Below, in pieces: positions 35,947-47,982 of a stretch of 47,982 nucleotides of DNA. The position numbers were made by a program, and so were the translations under genes. A model generated the notes under the pieces. That model searched no databases and had not been told where the DNA came from. It worked only from the letters and a program-made list of their open reading frames with translations. Position 1 is the first letter of the stretch; every line of letters begins with the position of its first letter. This DNA comes from Hyphochytrium catenoides. Its lineage: Eukaryota > Protista > Hyphochytriomycota. The stretch spans positions 1 to 47,982 of the forward strand of contig FLMG01003637.1 in the NCBI GenBank assembly GCA_900088475.1, in the 5' to 3' direction.

Positions 35947-38900
35947 TCACCCAGTTGATGACCTGACTGACTGCTTGAGAGACTGTTTGCTGGAGGCTCG
36001 AGTGGAGGCTTCGGTAGTGTAAGGACTAGGCCCCACAGAGGCGGCTGCCAGCTTTGTCTTACTCCTCATTCCCAGCCAGAACTTGGCATCTGGCAGGGCA
36101 GTTACAGCGACAAAAGTGCTTCCGGCTCCCATGGCAGAGTCCATTGAGCCTCGTTCGGGTCGCGAGAGAGTTGACGCTCGTACAGCTCCCATCACGGTCA
36201 CTGTTTTCAGTATGTTGTCCATACGTCTCGACTCCTATAAAGGCCGAAGGGACACAGAGATACATTTGTTGATCAAAATCTAAGAGAAAAATGCAAGCGC
36301 TGCAAAAAGATCAAAAGACAGAGAGGGAGGCACAGCCCCTTCAGGAAAGATAGGCTTGAAATGTCCTTGGTATGAAGGAAGGAACAAGGATCAACGTGTC
36401 CCGTGAACAGCGAGATCCTAGGGATCGCTGACGGACACAAGCAGAGTCAGGCTGCAAGAAGGACGATGACCAACAGAGGAAGGAAAAGGCTACAAAGGCT
36501 GACGAGGCAACAAAAGCCAAAGCTTGAACCAGAAGATATCAAAAAGAAAAGCGAGAGTTTTTAACCAACCGGTAATGACGCCACAGACTCCTCCGGAAGC
36601 TTACACAGAGCTTCCAAAGCGGTTATAGCTGTCCGCAAGGCCTCGATGTCCTTGCGCAAGATCGCAGAGCCACCCACAGATATCTTAATCTTGGCCGTTC
36701 GAAGACAGCTTAACGGTAGAGAATGTAGCCCAAAAGAGAGGGAGAGGGAGTATAACGTTGTGGCAAGAGAGAGAAACAGAGGTAAATTCTTAGAGGCTGG
36801 CAGTGGAAGAGCTGGATGTAAGGGTCGAGGTAGAAGAGAAAAAATACTATGGGGAAGGAGGAGACTAGAAGCGGCAGAGGCATACGAGAGGTGGTGCAGA
36901 CCGACAGGTTGGTGAAGATAGCCAAGATTTTATGAGGAGAGAGAGCAACTACGGTTCCTACAGTTCAAAACTTCTAAGACTGGCTATGTAAAGCTCTCGC
37001 AGTAAGCTGCCCGCCGTCAGTCGGTGACAGCAGGGGAGCACTTCTCCCACAGGAACAACGACGCGTGACAAGTACCCCTCTATGAAGTTTGACTGGAACA
37101 GGAGAGCGTGAGGAGTAACACTAAGGGAGAATAAACCAGAGCCTAGACTGCCAAGCTCACAGAACACGGACGGGAAAGAAGGAAAAGAAGGAGAGAGAAG
37201 TAGGAACAGATTGCGAGAGGCTAGAACAAGACGACTGTGTCAAGCTCACAGAGCAAGAAAGAGAACCAAACGAAAAGGAAGAGAGTGAAGCAAGAACAAC
37301 CAAGCAAGGAGTATCTGCAAAAACCAGAAGGCAGACTTAACGACCATAGAAGTGGAGATGTGGAGAAGGAAGCACAGTGTAGAAATGGACTATAGCAAGA
37401 GCTCCTTATGCTCAAAGAGAGAAAATCTAAAGACACAAAGAGAGAGTATAGATAAATCGGAGATCTTTTTTACATCTGAAGGAACAGAAGGAGAGAGAGA
37501 CAGAGTGGAACGCCTCATGGATTGCGAGTGCTCCAGATGGACAGGTAGAGGAGCGTCAAAGGGCCATAAAGGAGCAGCTAGCTTCGTACCGGTTTTGTTG
37601 ACTCTGGAGTGGACGTGTACACAGCCGCCTCAAACTCTTCTTCTGCCACCTTTTTGCAGATCTCCAGTAGCCTTAGGCTTATCAATTCGCTCAGGTTCCC
37701 CACCGTGACGCTGAGAAGGAGACAGCAGCGAGAGAACAACGGCTTGAGGGTCGATATCTGCTCAAAGCCAGCCCAAAAACCCTTCTGATAGTTAGTGACA
37801 GAGTAAGAACGGAGATGATCTCCTCCTTCCCCTTTCTCTCCTCTTTCTTTCGCTTTCGCGTCCTCGTCAGCATCCGTGGCCCTGCGGTTAGGGCTGCCTG
37901 TCGTCTGGTAGAGATCCTTTGTTTCCAGAGGAAGGCTGAAGCCCTCAGCAAGGAGAAGACGAACCTCTTCCTGCAACAGAAGTAGATCGTGATGGAACTG
38001 GATCACATGGAGAAGAGGACCTATCAGCGCCTCAACGTCCAGGACTAGATAAGAGGAGACAGGGGCAAAGTGGGAAGAGAGAATTGAAAGAACTGGAGCT
38101 AGCGTATTGTTTAAGCCCCTCAAGAACGTCGTTGTAGGGCCTAGAGCCGAGGCCCCAGTGGCGCGAGCCAGATTACGAAGCTCCTGAAGAAGCCCGCTGA
38201 TCTTCTTTGACAGCTCAAACTTGTAGAAAAGTGGCAAGGATGCCTCTGGTTCTTTTTGTCTCTCCTTCTCCAAGCTCTCCTCTCCTTCGTCACTCTCCTT
38301 CACAGCCTCAACACTAATAGCTGCAGCTGAAGAGGATGGAACAATGAGTTCTCCGTCGTCAGAGAACGTTGGATGCAGTAGGAACTCGGTCGTAAGAGGA
38401 CACAGGTGGCCAGCCTCCGTGGTAAGACTGAGAGAAAAATTTTGGATATCCTTGACCGACAGCTACAAACAAGGCAAGCCAAGGGCGGGGAAGATGTAAG
38501 CATCAATTGACGGGCAACCTTATGACCTCTGAGAGGAAAACGTAGGAAGCGGTGCTTCTGACCCGAGAGAGATGAAGAGTTGCTCGACCTGCTTTCATCT
38601 TCAGTCTTACTTCTTGCTTACCTGCTTTATCTCTAAGAGAATATTCTCTCCCTCTTTCTCTATTCTTTGACTCCAGCGCGCAATTGCGGCTTGTGTGACA
38701 GGCGGAGGACTGCCGAGGAACGCACCAAGGAAAGAAGGAGCAGACAAGGCTTGGTTCAATCTCTCTTCCTTGTACTGTAGCAAACAGCTCCTTATCTCTT
38801 CTTCTGCTTTCTGTACTCTCTCGCCACTTTGCTCAGAAAGTAACGGGTAGGCATCTCCCTTCTTGATAGTGCTGCCATATAGAGCTACAAGGAAGCTTGG

Positions 38901-41900
38901 CGGTAATGGCGGCATAAGAAGTAAGAGCACGGTCCAGCGAGAGAGTAATGCGGAGAGGAAGACAGAGTCCAAATGGAACACAAGAGAGGTGGGGGAAGCG
39001 TTAGAGATGAAGGCAAATATCTCTACAACGTTTGGGGTTGGCTTGTTACCTCCTCTGGAAGAAGTCTACGACAGCCTCCATTGTGCTGGCCTTCAGCCAG
39101 GTGCCAGAGGACGGAGAATAGGTTGAAACACAGGTGGTTGTCGCCCCTGATCGGAAGAGAGACAAATGAACATAGGAAAACCGCAGAAAGCGCGATGAAA
39201 GAACCAGACAAAAGAGGAGGAAGAACGTAGCGAGACAAGAGAAGAGTAATTCGAAAGGCACTTGACAGTAGACCCAATGTGATGCTTAACAGTGCAGGAA
39301 TAAGCCACGCAGAGAGCCAACTTTTCGTTCTAAAACCCATTGCAATTCATCTTTTGCCTTACCGACGTTGAAGTTTGTCCCACACTCGACGCTATAGTCG
39401 TAGCATGGGCAGCAAGTTGGGACCCAAGCCAGTAAGTCAGGAAGAAACGGTGCCAAGAACTCTTTTTCTTCCTCTTCCACTCTTCGCATGTCCCAGTTGT
39501 TTTCCTCACTTCCAAGTCCCTCTTTCCTTCTCTTCGTCGCTCTTGCCCGAGCAACAAGAGCGAGAATCTCCCTCACCTCTATCAATGTACTGGCTCCCGA
39601 TGGCCTTCCCACCATTTCTCCGCTTCCTCCTGGTGGAGAGGCACCGGGTGTCGTACTGCTGGGACTAGTGATACTTCCATCTCCCCCTCCTCCTGGCTCT
39701 CCACTAGCTTTGGTCTGTGTAATAGCAGAGAGAGACCTTCCATGTATAGAGTCATACTGCGCCTGTACGGACAGAAAGGAGATACACGCCTTGAAGACGG
39801 CAGAAAGGGCTGCTGCGCTTTCAGGAAAGAGCTCCTGGGCTGTCGTTATCTCCGCAGCGGTCTCTAAACTGTCGATGAGGTACGCGGCGAGGGAGAAGAA
39901 GGAGGAAGAGAGTACAGATTTGCATACACGTAGTGCATTCTCAATTTCTGGATCTGCCCAGATCGCCTTCAGGTTGATGAGATAAAGTCCAAGGTTATTC
40001 TAAGGGTATATAAAGGGAATGGAAGGCGACGGGAGGTTAGCTTCGTACGACTGTGTGGACAAACAAGGGCAGAGGTACGCGCGCAACGGCTTCTGCGACA
40101 GGTGTGGCGAGGACCAAGAGAGAACCAAGACAGACAAAAAAGACACTAGAGACAGAGAATTGGAGGGACCACGTTCAGCTTAGCAGCGGAGACAAGCCTG
40201 AGCCAGAAAAGCAGAAGGGGGAGCCGGAAAAGGACTATGGCTGCAGCTGAAAGCTCCATCCAATTCTTCAAATGTGTCTCTCTCTTTCTTCCTCTCCTGT
40301 TTTGAAAGCTACTTGTCTGTTCACGCTCTTACCTTAGAGAGCAGATCTTTGAGCTCCGAGACATCCAAAATCTTGTCCAGCGCCGTGAACAGATCTGCTA
40401 ATCTGCCTACGAGAGCTTCAAGCGGTGCCTGTTGGCTATCTCCAGCTTCTTGCTCTTTACTTTCCTTATCTTTTTCTCTCTCTTTCCTTTCTTGCTCCGT
40501 AGCAACTCTCGCCTTGATAGCCGCTGTATACGACGGAAAGAGATCTCTCTTGAAGGACGCAATACGTATTTGGAGCTTAAGGATCCTCCGGAGAAGGTAG
40601 AGAGAAGAGAGCTTGTTCGCATTCCTAAGTAAAGGATGTTAGGCAGAACGGAATATTTGAGCATAAGGGCCACGGGAAAGAGAGCTAGAGTCAGCACGTT
40701 AGGCATCAGAGAAGGCACATGAGAAGCGTAGTTTTCAATCCACGAGAAGACTAGAAGGAGGACCATGGAGCTAATGACGTCCAAGAGAGCTGTCTTCGTC
40801 AATGGATGGAGGAAGAGAAGTGATCAACGAGTAAGGCAGCATACTGGGCAGATTGTCTTAACGAAGTTAGAGGGTAAGCGAAGGGGGATGAACCCAGAAG
40901 TTCAGGCAATTTAACGGCACGGATCTGTACTGTACTTACGACGCAAGCTCTCTGTATTGCTCATACGAGCGAGCGGCAACCTCAGATATCGAAGGAGAAG
41001 CGAGGCTACCGTAGAGCTGCTCTTTGGTCTTTGTCACTTTCTCCGTTTCGTCTCTTGCGGTCTCTAACTTGACACTAGTTTCGCCCTCCTCATCTGTCAC
41101 CCTTGTCTGCACTGCGGGTGTAGCGGGCTTGTCCTTGGGAGTTTGAAGGACCAGCAGATGATAAGCTTGGAAGAGACGAGATGCCTTGGCATCGCATTCG
41201 AACAGACTGTGGGAGAGGCGAGTGTCGGTGAGCAAGGATGAAAAGGGAAGGCTCAAAGCTCTTTATGTAAAGGTTACTATGCTTTGATATCAGTGTAGTT
41301 GTGAGGAGTAAGAGAACAGGTGCATAGAGGGAGCAGTCAACTTCATGAGAGAGGCAAAGACTTAAGCGCGCGAAGAGAATAGGAGCAAGTCAAGAGAGGA
41401 GTCAATGAAGCAGAAGTGGACGAGAGCAGAGACAAGAGAGAACTTATATTAGAGTACTATTGGACGGTTGGAGCACCTTTTAACTTGACTATAGTCCTCT
41501 CCAGCTCTAAGGGATCTGTCGTTGCGCAATAAACGGTAAACAAAGGGAAGATGAAACAGGAAACAGATTAGACAACGGAAGAGAAGGGTGGTCCACAGAT
41601 GGACAGATACTGCGAAGCTAGGTTAGCTAGCAGGCGAAACTCAAGTGACTGAGTAGTTCAAACTATATCAGAAAGCTGGCGCATGAGTTAAAAGAGAGTA
41701 CTGCACGGTGACAGTATGCTCAGAAAGGAGCGCCGATGATAAACCAGCGTAGGTGCATGTCGAAACTATGGAAAAGAGTCTGTTTGCAACCTGTCAGAGG
41801 CTTTTCTGGGTCCGAGCTCAGCCATTTCTAGTTTTCGCTGACGCGATTGGGCACGTTAAGCTCTCTCAAGCAGACACGTAGTCTCTCTTCCCTATCTTTG

Positions 41901-42085
41901 AACTTACAAGAAGTATACTATGAGGTCTGCTCTGCGCGGTAGACCAACTCGGTCTAACAGCCAGCGTAATGGCTCCCACGAAAGGCTCAATCGCCCTCTG
42001 TCATCCAAACTTAATGTTCGGTCACCCTCCGAAGCCACAAGATCTTAAGCCATCTCACCTCTGGAGCGCGGCCCAAGCGTGACAT
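35947..42085 (-). CDS. Large alpha-helical protein with a CATCHR-type C-terminal signature, CCDC142-like (multi-exon; 5' exons uncertain)
   Basis: A chain of GT-AG exons at about 40940-41210, 40330-40625, 39363-39990, 38620-38883, 37590-38463, 36960-37090, 36605-36708 and 35947-36235. The spliced C-terminal region reads 'KPSNFIEGYLSRVVVPV...SFELCLRTAKIKISVGGSAILRKDIEAL' and later 'FWLGMR'. The start at 42085 (MSRLGRAPE|gtgaga) is tentative. Confidence 0.5.
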
Positions 42086-42784
42086 CAACTGGGCCTCTCC
42101 TCTCTTCTCTCGCCTCTCTCTCTTCGTATTCTTCGTCCTTTGTCGTTGATCTGCCTGTTGCTGGTCCTCCTCGCTCAGGCCTACCAATGGGCAGAAGGCT
42201 AGGGAGGCACCAGGTGCAGCGGTCGGCGGAATGAATGCGAAGGCACTCACTCTGTCTCCTTTGTTCTTCATGTAACGGACCCACCTACCGCCTTAGTAAT
42301 CACAGCATAACCCAATCTGGTAATCAAATCAAAGTCAATTTGCAAATTGTGCTTACTCCACAAAGATTCTTCACATTGGACTGACCATGGTTGGTGAACT
42401 ACTGTATAGGCAGATTGGGAGCGTTATTTGTCAAGCTAAAAGCGCCAGATGTGAAATAAGCGGCAGCCTTTCGGGTTACTCCTGGAACGTTTTGTGTCCT
42501 TTGGGCTCAAAGCGTTTTTAGAGTAATTTCTGAGCTTCATTCAGAAGCGAAATTCTGAAGCTTTATTGCGGCTATTACAAGGCATTTATTGGGCTTGCAC
42601 TTGCCAAGCAAGATGCAGCCGTGCCAGCTACTTCTTCAATGTAAGTTGGCCTAGTTGCTTCTAAGGACAGTTACGGTTGTAGATGCAGCGTTTTCAAGAA
42701 GGATCGCGATCGTGCACTCGAGGAGGATGTCATCGGCCCTGTTCGGTGGTGGTTCAACACCTCTCATAGATTAGCTATATCAAT

Positions 42785-45700
42785 ATGCCTCCAAAAGCCA
42801 AAAAGAAGGGCGACGGCAAGGCTAACAAAGGAAGCGAAGCGGACGGTTCGAAACCCTCAGATAGTACAGAGGACGACAGTAAGAAGCGGGAACAGGAGAG
42901 AGTCGCCGCTTACTTTAACTTGAAATTGAAGAGGGATGAAGCCAGGAACAAGCTAGACCGACTAAAGCTACAACGTGATGCAGCCGCTACTACCAAAGAG
43001 CCAAGTCATGATACACCCCGTCTCTTGCAGGTGAAGGACGAGGTAAGAAGAGTATGGATCTGTGACCGAAAGTCGTGGCTGCCGATACAGCCGAAAGGAA
43101 ATAGAGTGAATCTGTTAACTATGTCCTTTCTCCGCTTGGTCCATTTCTAACCCTACTCTCTCCGTGTCCCACATGGTCTGGGTAGATAACGGCTTCCGAG
43201 CGCCAGATTGCACATGCCTTTGAGACACTAGAACGAAAGGGTGAGGAGTTGGTTGAAGCACGGGGTCGTCTGGAGCAACGCTTGAAGGACCTGCAGGGGG
43301 ATTTGCAGAAAAATAGTGAGGAGGCAGTCGCCTTGCAGCAGCAGATAAAGGTTGCCTTTCACGCCCTCCCTGGGACCGCCCCCAATGTCAAAGACGCCTC
43401 CGTACTGCTGGTTGAGGCGGTCTTACTTACGTTGTTTCAGTACTCTTGTTCCCTTGCTATCACAGCCTCTCTACTCCCGAACTATTTACCTTCGCGGTTT
43501 GCCAAGGGCAACTCTGTCTTTAGGTGCAATGACTTCTCTTGGTTACCTTTTGCTAGCAAGGCTTGTCTTCAGATTCTTCCTTATCTTTCCCCACATCTCT
43601 CTATACAACTCTCTATACAACCGTGCCTCGCTCAAACGATATCCTTACATCGTAGGAAGCGGAAGAGCCGCTAGTTCAGCTAGCAGCTTCGGGAGATCAA
43701 TCCGAACAACATCTGGAGAGCATGAAGAGAACCATGGCGTCAGTTGTTTTGTCCTTTCAGCGGTGTCAGGACATAGATGAGAAAATTCTGTCGGCAAACA
43801 TTCTGGCCAGTCTGTGCAGAAGAGAAAGAGGAGTCAACAAGAAGGGCGACAATAAACTGACAGACGAAGAGTTCAACCTCATGACTGCTCCCAGAGGTTA
43901 GTGATAGAAAATAATCCATCATAGCACTTCTGGGTATTCTCTCTACATCCTATCGGGGATCTTTCTGTCTCAGTAGGTTCCTTTTCTGCGAACTTTTCAT
44001 GCCGAATTACTCAGCTTGCCTTGGCCGGTACGGTCCTCCTCCCGGTACTCTAAACCTAGTAGCCATGATTGAGGCATGCTTATCGTAAGAGTGTCTGCTG
44101 CTTCACCACCGATTTTCTTATCTTACTTTTCTCTCTTACTTCTCGCTTCACTTGCTATTGTAGCAGATTCGTGGTCCCTTTGCTCCTTTCCATCACTCCT
44201 AACCTTTATTGGTCCCCATTATAGTTCTAGCGCAGAGCCTCCAGAACCCAGCAGTGGAAAACCAGTTTTACTCGCCTGAGGATAACTATGATCCGAAGGC
44301 ACTCGAGATGGACTTTTTTGCAGAGCCGATACCGTTAGCTATCATCCTAATGGAGGTCTTAGCAAGAAGGAAAAGTGAAGGTCGAGAGAGGGAGTTGGAG
44401 ACGCTTCTTATTGCGTTGGACGGGGCTCTGTCTGCTGACTACCAGCAAGCCCTGATGATCGGCAAGGCGGGTGTCATGAAAGACATTTTGGAAGTCATGA
44501 AAGCAAATATTGAACGGTATATCTTCGTACACACTCTTTCTGGTTCCCTTGCTTTTCTCAAAACCATGTCCTTCCTCTCCTTGTCCTATGCTATAATGGG
44601 CCCTTCCAAGCTATATCGACGTAGCCGATCCTTTTATGCTTTCTCTGTCTCGCTAGTTTGGACGCCAGTGTGATCTGTTGTCTGATTCCCTATCATATCG
44701 ACTCAACCATACAATCGCTCCCCTACCTGACTTCACCGTCGGCCCATCCTCCATAACCTCTTGGCTCTAACTTGCTTCAATCTCCTTTGCAGCGAGTCTC
44801 TGTATGCCTGCTGCTGCCGTTTGCTATGGAAGCTTTTCTATAGCAGCTTTAACATCAGTGAATTTCTACGACTGGAGGGCCTCAGGCTCCTGGTAGAGGG
44901 GCTGGACATATATCAGCATTCTCTAGGTCAGTGACTAAAGGAAATACCACGGAGATGATGACAAAGAATTAAATAGAGACGGAGCGCGAGAGACAAAAGC
45001 ATAATGTGACAGCAATTGCTAGAAGACAGAACGAGACCATGAGCGGCCACAGGATGCAAGGGATAAACGTTCAGCAACGTCTGTTTCCCTTTCCCTTTGC
45101 CTATTTGTTATTATCCCCCGGTTCTTAAGAGAATCTAACTTTCCTTCTTATGGACGTTTGTGATGTTTTTCTATCGCAGGCCTCATTCCTCTGATATGTG
45201 ATCTGATCCATGTCCTAACTCCTGAGGAAGTACACAAGCATCTCTCTTCTTCACAGGTTCCGGCAGTCGTGGCGCCAGTAGTATCTTCTATGTCTCCCTC
45301 TGATTCTGCCCGCTGCTCTTCTGGTGCTCCGGCTCACGTTGATGATGACGAGGGTATGATTACCTTACTGCGACAGCTGTATCCTGACCCTCAAGACCAC
45401 AACGGAGTTAGTGTAAACATATTCTTCGCAAAGGTTAAAGTTGGACATGGATCGGTACTCGAGCGGTAAGAGCTGCTTTGGTCTTTCCCTCCTACGCCAT
45501 TCAGATTGACATCTCCAACTTATCTGCCTCTATAAATGTTCGTTGTGCTCGACGCTGTCTCTACTTCTTCATACTCTCTCCAAGCACTTCTGACCAGAAA
45601 ATGTTCTTCGAGGATTTCGCTCCTCTTCCTGCCCATCGCTGTCGATTTAGAAGAGCATGTTCTAGTGAGGGTCCTTTCGGGAGTAAAGAACTCATGGAGA

Positions 45701-47653
45701 GAAGTCGTCGAGCACTAATACCTTCGCCGCCTTTTCTTTTCACTCTATGGCCATTTGTCCACCAGGGAAAACGACGAGCATCGCAAACAGCAGCTCAGGA
45801 ATTCAACAAGAAGATCATCTGAAGGAGGCGGAGTGTTTATTAGTGCACGCGGTGGGAGAAGACGTAGTACCGTGGATGCTCTAACGCAAGGAATCTCAGA
45901 TGGGAAGGTGAGACTCTCTCCTCTCTTTCCTTCGGAGTTTTTCCCTGGTTATAAGGACAGTACCACCGCCAGTTATCTGGCGGTTAGATCTCGGGTTTTC
46001 GTAGGCCGCGTCCTAGAGAGGCAATACTTCATCGTGGTTGCTCGCACCTTCCTATCGTTCAATCACGATCCTGTCTGTCCCAGCTTCTTCATTGTCCGTC
46101 CACTGTCCCTCTAAACTCTTAGTGCAACGTTGGCATCAATCTCCGATGGGTTTTTAGATCATTCACGGTTTGGCTAACTAACTCTCCCTGTGGTCTTCCG
46201 ACTCTTCCCCTCTTCAACTTCCATGCTGACTTCTCGACTTCTATGCCATCTCCTGTTATAATGGACCACTACTGGCTATCATGCTGATGTGGTCCAGGCG
46301 CAGAGTCTTAGCGAAGCCTCGGCCATTCTAGCCCTAATCACTGCTGCCTCTGCCGCTACGGAAGCAACTCAAGAAGCAGAAGCAATTTTCAAAATGACAG
46401 ACGGACCTGACCTTCACGTCCTCAACCGCTGTATTGATCTACTCTTCGTCTCCCTTCTCCTTGCAACTATACGCCCTCCTCCGGTAACAATTCTGGCTGG
46501 CTCTGGCTCTCCACGACACCAATCAGAAAGCAAAACGAGGAAGAGGCAAAGTCTAACGAAGCTGCCACACCTTCCTGAACAAGCCGTAGCTGAGGGTGGG
46601 AGCGAAGACATATCTATAGGAGTGTCTCCATCGCTGGCGGACAGCGAGGGCACAACCACCGCTCCGTCTTCAGCAAAATGCGAACTGAAACCCATGACGT
46701 GCAAGACAGGTCGACAGAAGGAGATTGGAAAGGAGCCGAAGGCAGAAGCCGCTGAAAGACAGAACAGACCTGCCATTCGCCCCTCCACGAGGAGACTGTA
46801 TAGTAGAGAAAGAGCTGTGAGCTATCCCTTTCGGAAGATGTCGGAGGGTAGCTCTATCACTGTCTGCGAGCATGCCTATCGTCTTCTCTCATGCTTTCTG
46901 AAAAAGTTCCCGCAGCATGTAGAGTGGGTGCATCACACACGTTACTTTCGTCTTCTCCTCATATCCCTCACTTGCCATCCTACCAACCTGATGCTCCAAT
47001 GTCTTGGATGGCAACTCTTCACCGCTGCCGCTCTCTCGTCGCGGCTCTCTTACAGCGCACTCTCCTCTCTGGGACCAGTCCAGACTTTAGGCTACATCCT
47101 GGAAGCCAATGGGCACAGGGCTGAGCTGCAACTGCTACTGAAGCCTTTAATTGTGTACTTCCAGGTAAGCAGCCTTACATCCGCTGGCGCTCTAAGAGCG
47201 CTACGTTTCTTCACGTACAGACTATCCACTCATGTCTTCTTCACTTCTGTCCCTCGTTCCCTGCTTTTGCCGTTCCCGCAATCCGTGAACGCCACTCTGA
47301 TATCTGCTTCTCCGCTTGCTTGGCCATTTGTCTTCCTATCCTGCCATGCTCTCCATCGTATCAAGGATGCGGAGAAGGCAACCCCTAGAAGATCTGTGCT
47401 TTCTCTCTCTGAAGAGGAGCACCACCACCGGCGGGTCAGTAAGGAGAATGGTGAACGAAAAGAGAAGAGTTTTAGTCTGGACCATAGGGAGATGCAGGCA
47501 GATCAAGAAGGATTGCCTAATCTCCCAAGCCCAAACAAAGGAGGAAGCTTCTCATCAGTCTCTCCTCCGCGTCACCTCATGAGGGCACACGGGGTGATGG
47601 GAGATCCTACTAACAGACAGTCCGCATTGAGTAGACATAAACATAGCCCATGA
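42785..47653 (+). CDS. Uncharacterised protein: Lys-rich N-terminus (MPPKAKKKG), coiled coil, then armadillo-like helical repeats (~9 exons)
   Basis: Exons join in frame: 42785-43042, 43186-43350, about 43656-43896, 44231-44516, 44793-44926, 45180-45465, 45766-45907, 46298-47164 and 47366-47653. ARM-like segments include 'IGKAGVMKDILEVMK..SLYACCCRLLWKL' and 'LSSLGPVQTLGYILEAN'. Confidence 0.6.
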
Positions 47654-47982
47654 CATAACCCATAGATTCGACTCTTCCTCTTCACGATCCGCCCTCTCCC
47701 GCCTTTTCCAGTTCAGGTAGCCCGGTCATCAACCTCCTTGTGTTCTGTCCCTCCAGTGGTTTCCCTTGATTGTGCCGCTCAGTGCTACGGTTACTTCAGA
47801 GTTTAATGCCTTTCTTATGACATAAATGAGCGCTTAGTGTCTCAAATAGATCTACCTTTCCTTGCCTTTATTATCTAAACGACCAGTGGCCGCCTCTCTT
47901 CTCTGTTGCCCGCCTCTTGCCTAAGAAAAACTGCAAAAGCTGGCGTGATAGCCCAGAGGAAAGTATCAAAGAGGCCCGCCGA

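Noticed and set aside
42844-42856. GGTTCGAAACC resembling a tRNA T-loop
   Set aside because: It lies inside a coding exon, and no cloverleaf can be built around it.

Overview
Gene-dense, intron-rich eukaryotic nuclear DNA with spliceosomal GT-AG introns, YTRAC branch points and abundant (CT)n/(GA)n microsatellites. The eL20 sequence, intron style and axoneme-type genes suggest a flagellated protist, plausibly a stramenopile alga (inference only). I assembled ten multi-exon protein-coding genes by hand. In order: a charged coiled-coil, probably axonemal protein (+); a p24/GOLD cargo receptor (-); an M20 amidohydrolase (+); the EFL1/Ria1 GTPase (+); LETM1/Mdm38 (-); a SPATA4-like CH-domain protein (+); a Ulp1-family SUMO protease (-); RPL18A/eL20 (+); a CATCHR-like/CCDC142-like helical protein (-); and an unknown coiled-coil plus ARM-like protein (+). 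The only accessory stretch (about 5.2-9.6 kb, between the divergent p24 and M20 genes) holds two abutting non-autonomous inverted-repeat elements that share one TA dinucleotide. One is a 936-bp pogo/Tc2-like MITE with perfect 24-bp TIRs; the other is an older 704-bp element with degenerate ~75-bp TIRs. The most interesting window-wide patterns are the non-random placement of mutually complementary CT and GA tracts in introns and 5' leaders, and relaxed splice signals (a GC donor and several AAG acceptors). I found no CRISPR array, tRNA, rRNA or transposase, and no clearly novel multi-gene system. All exon structures are manual predictions.
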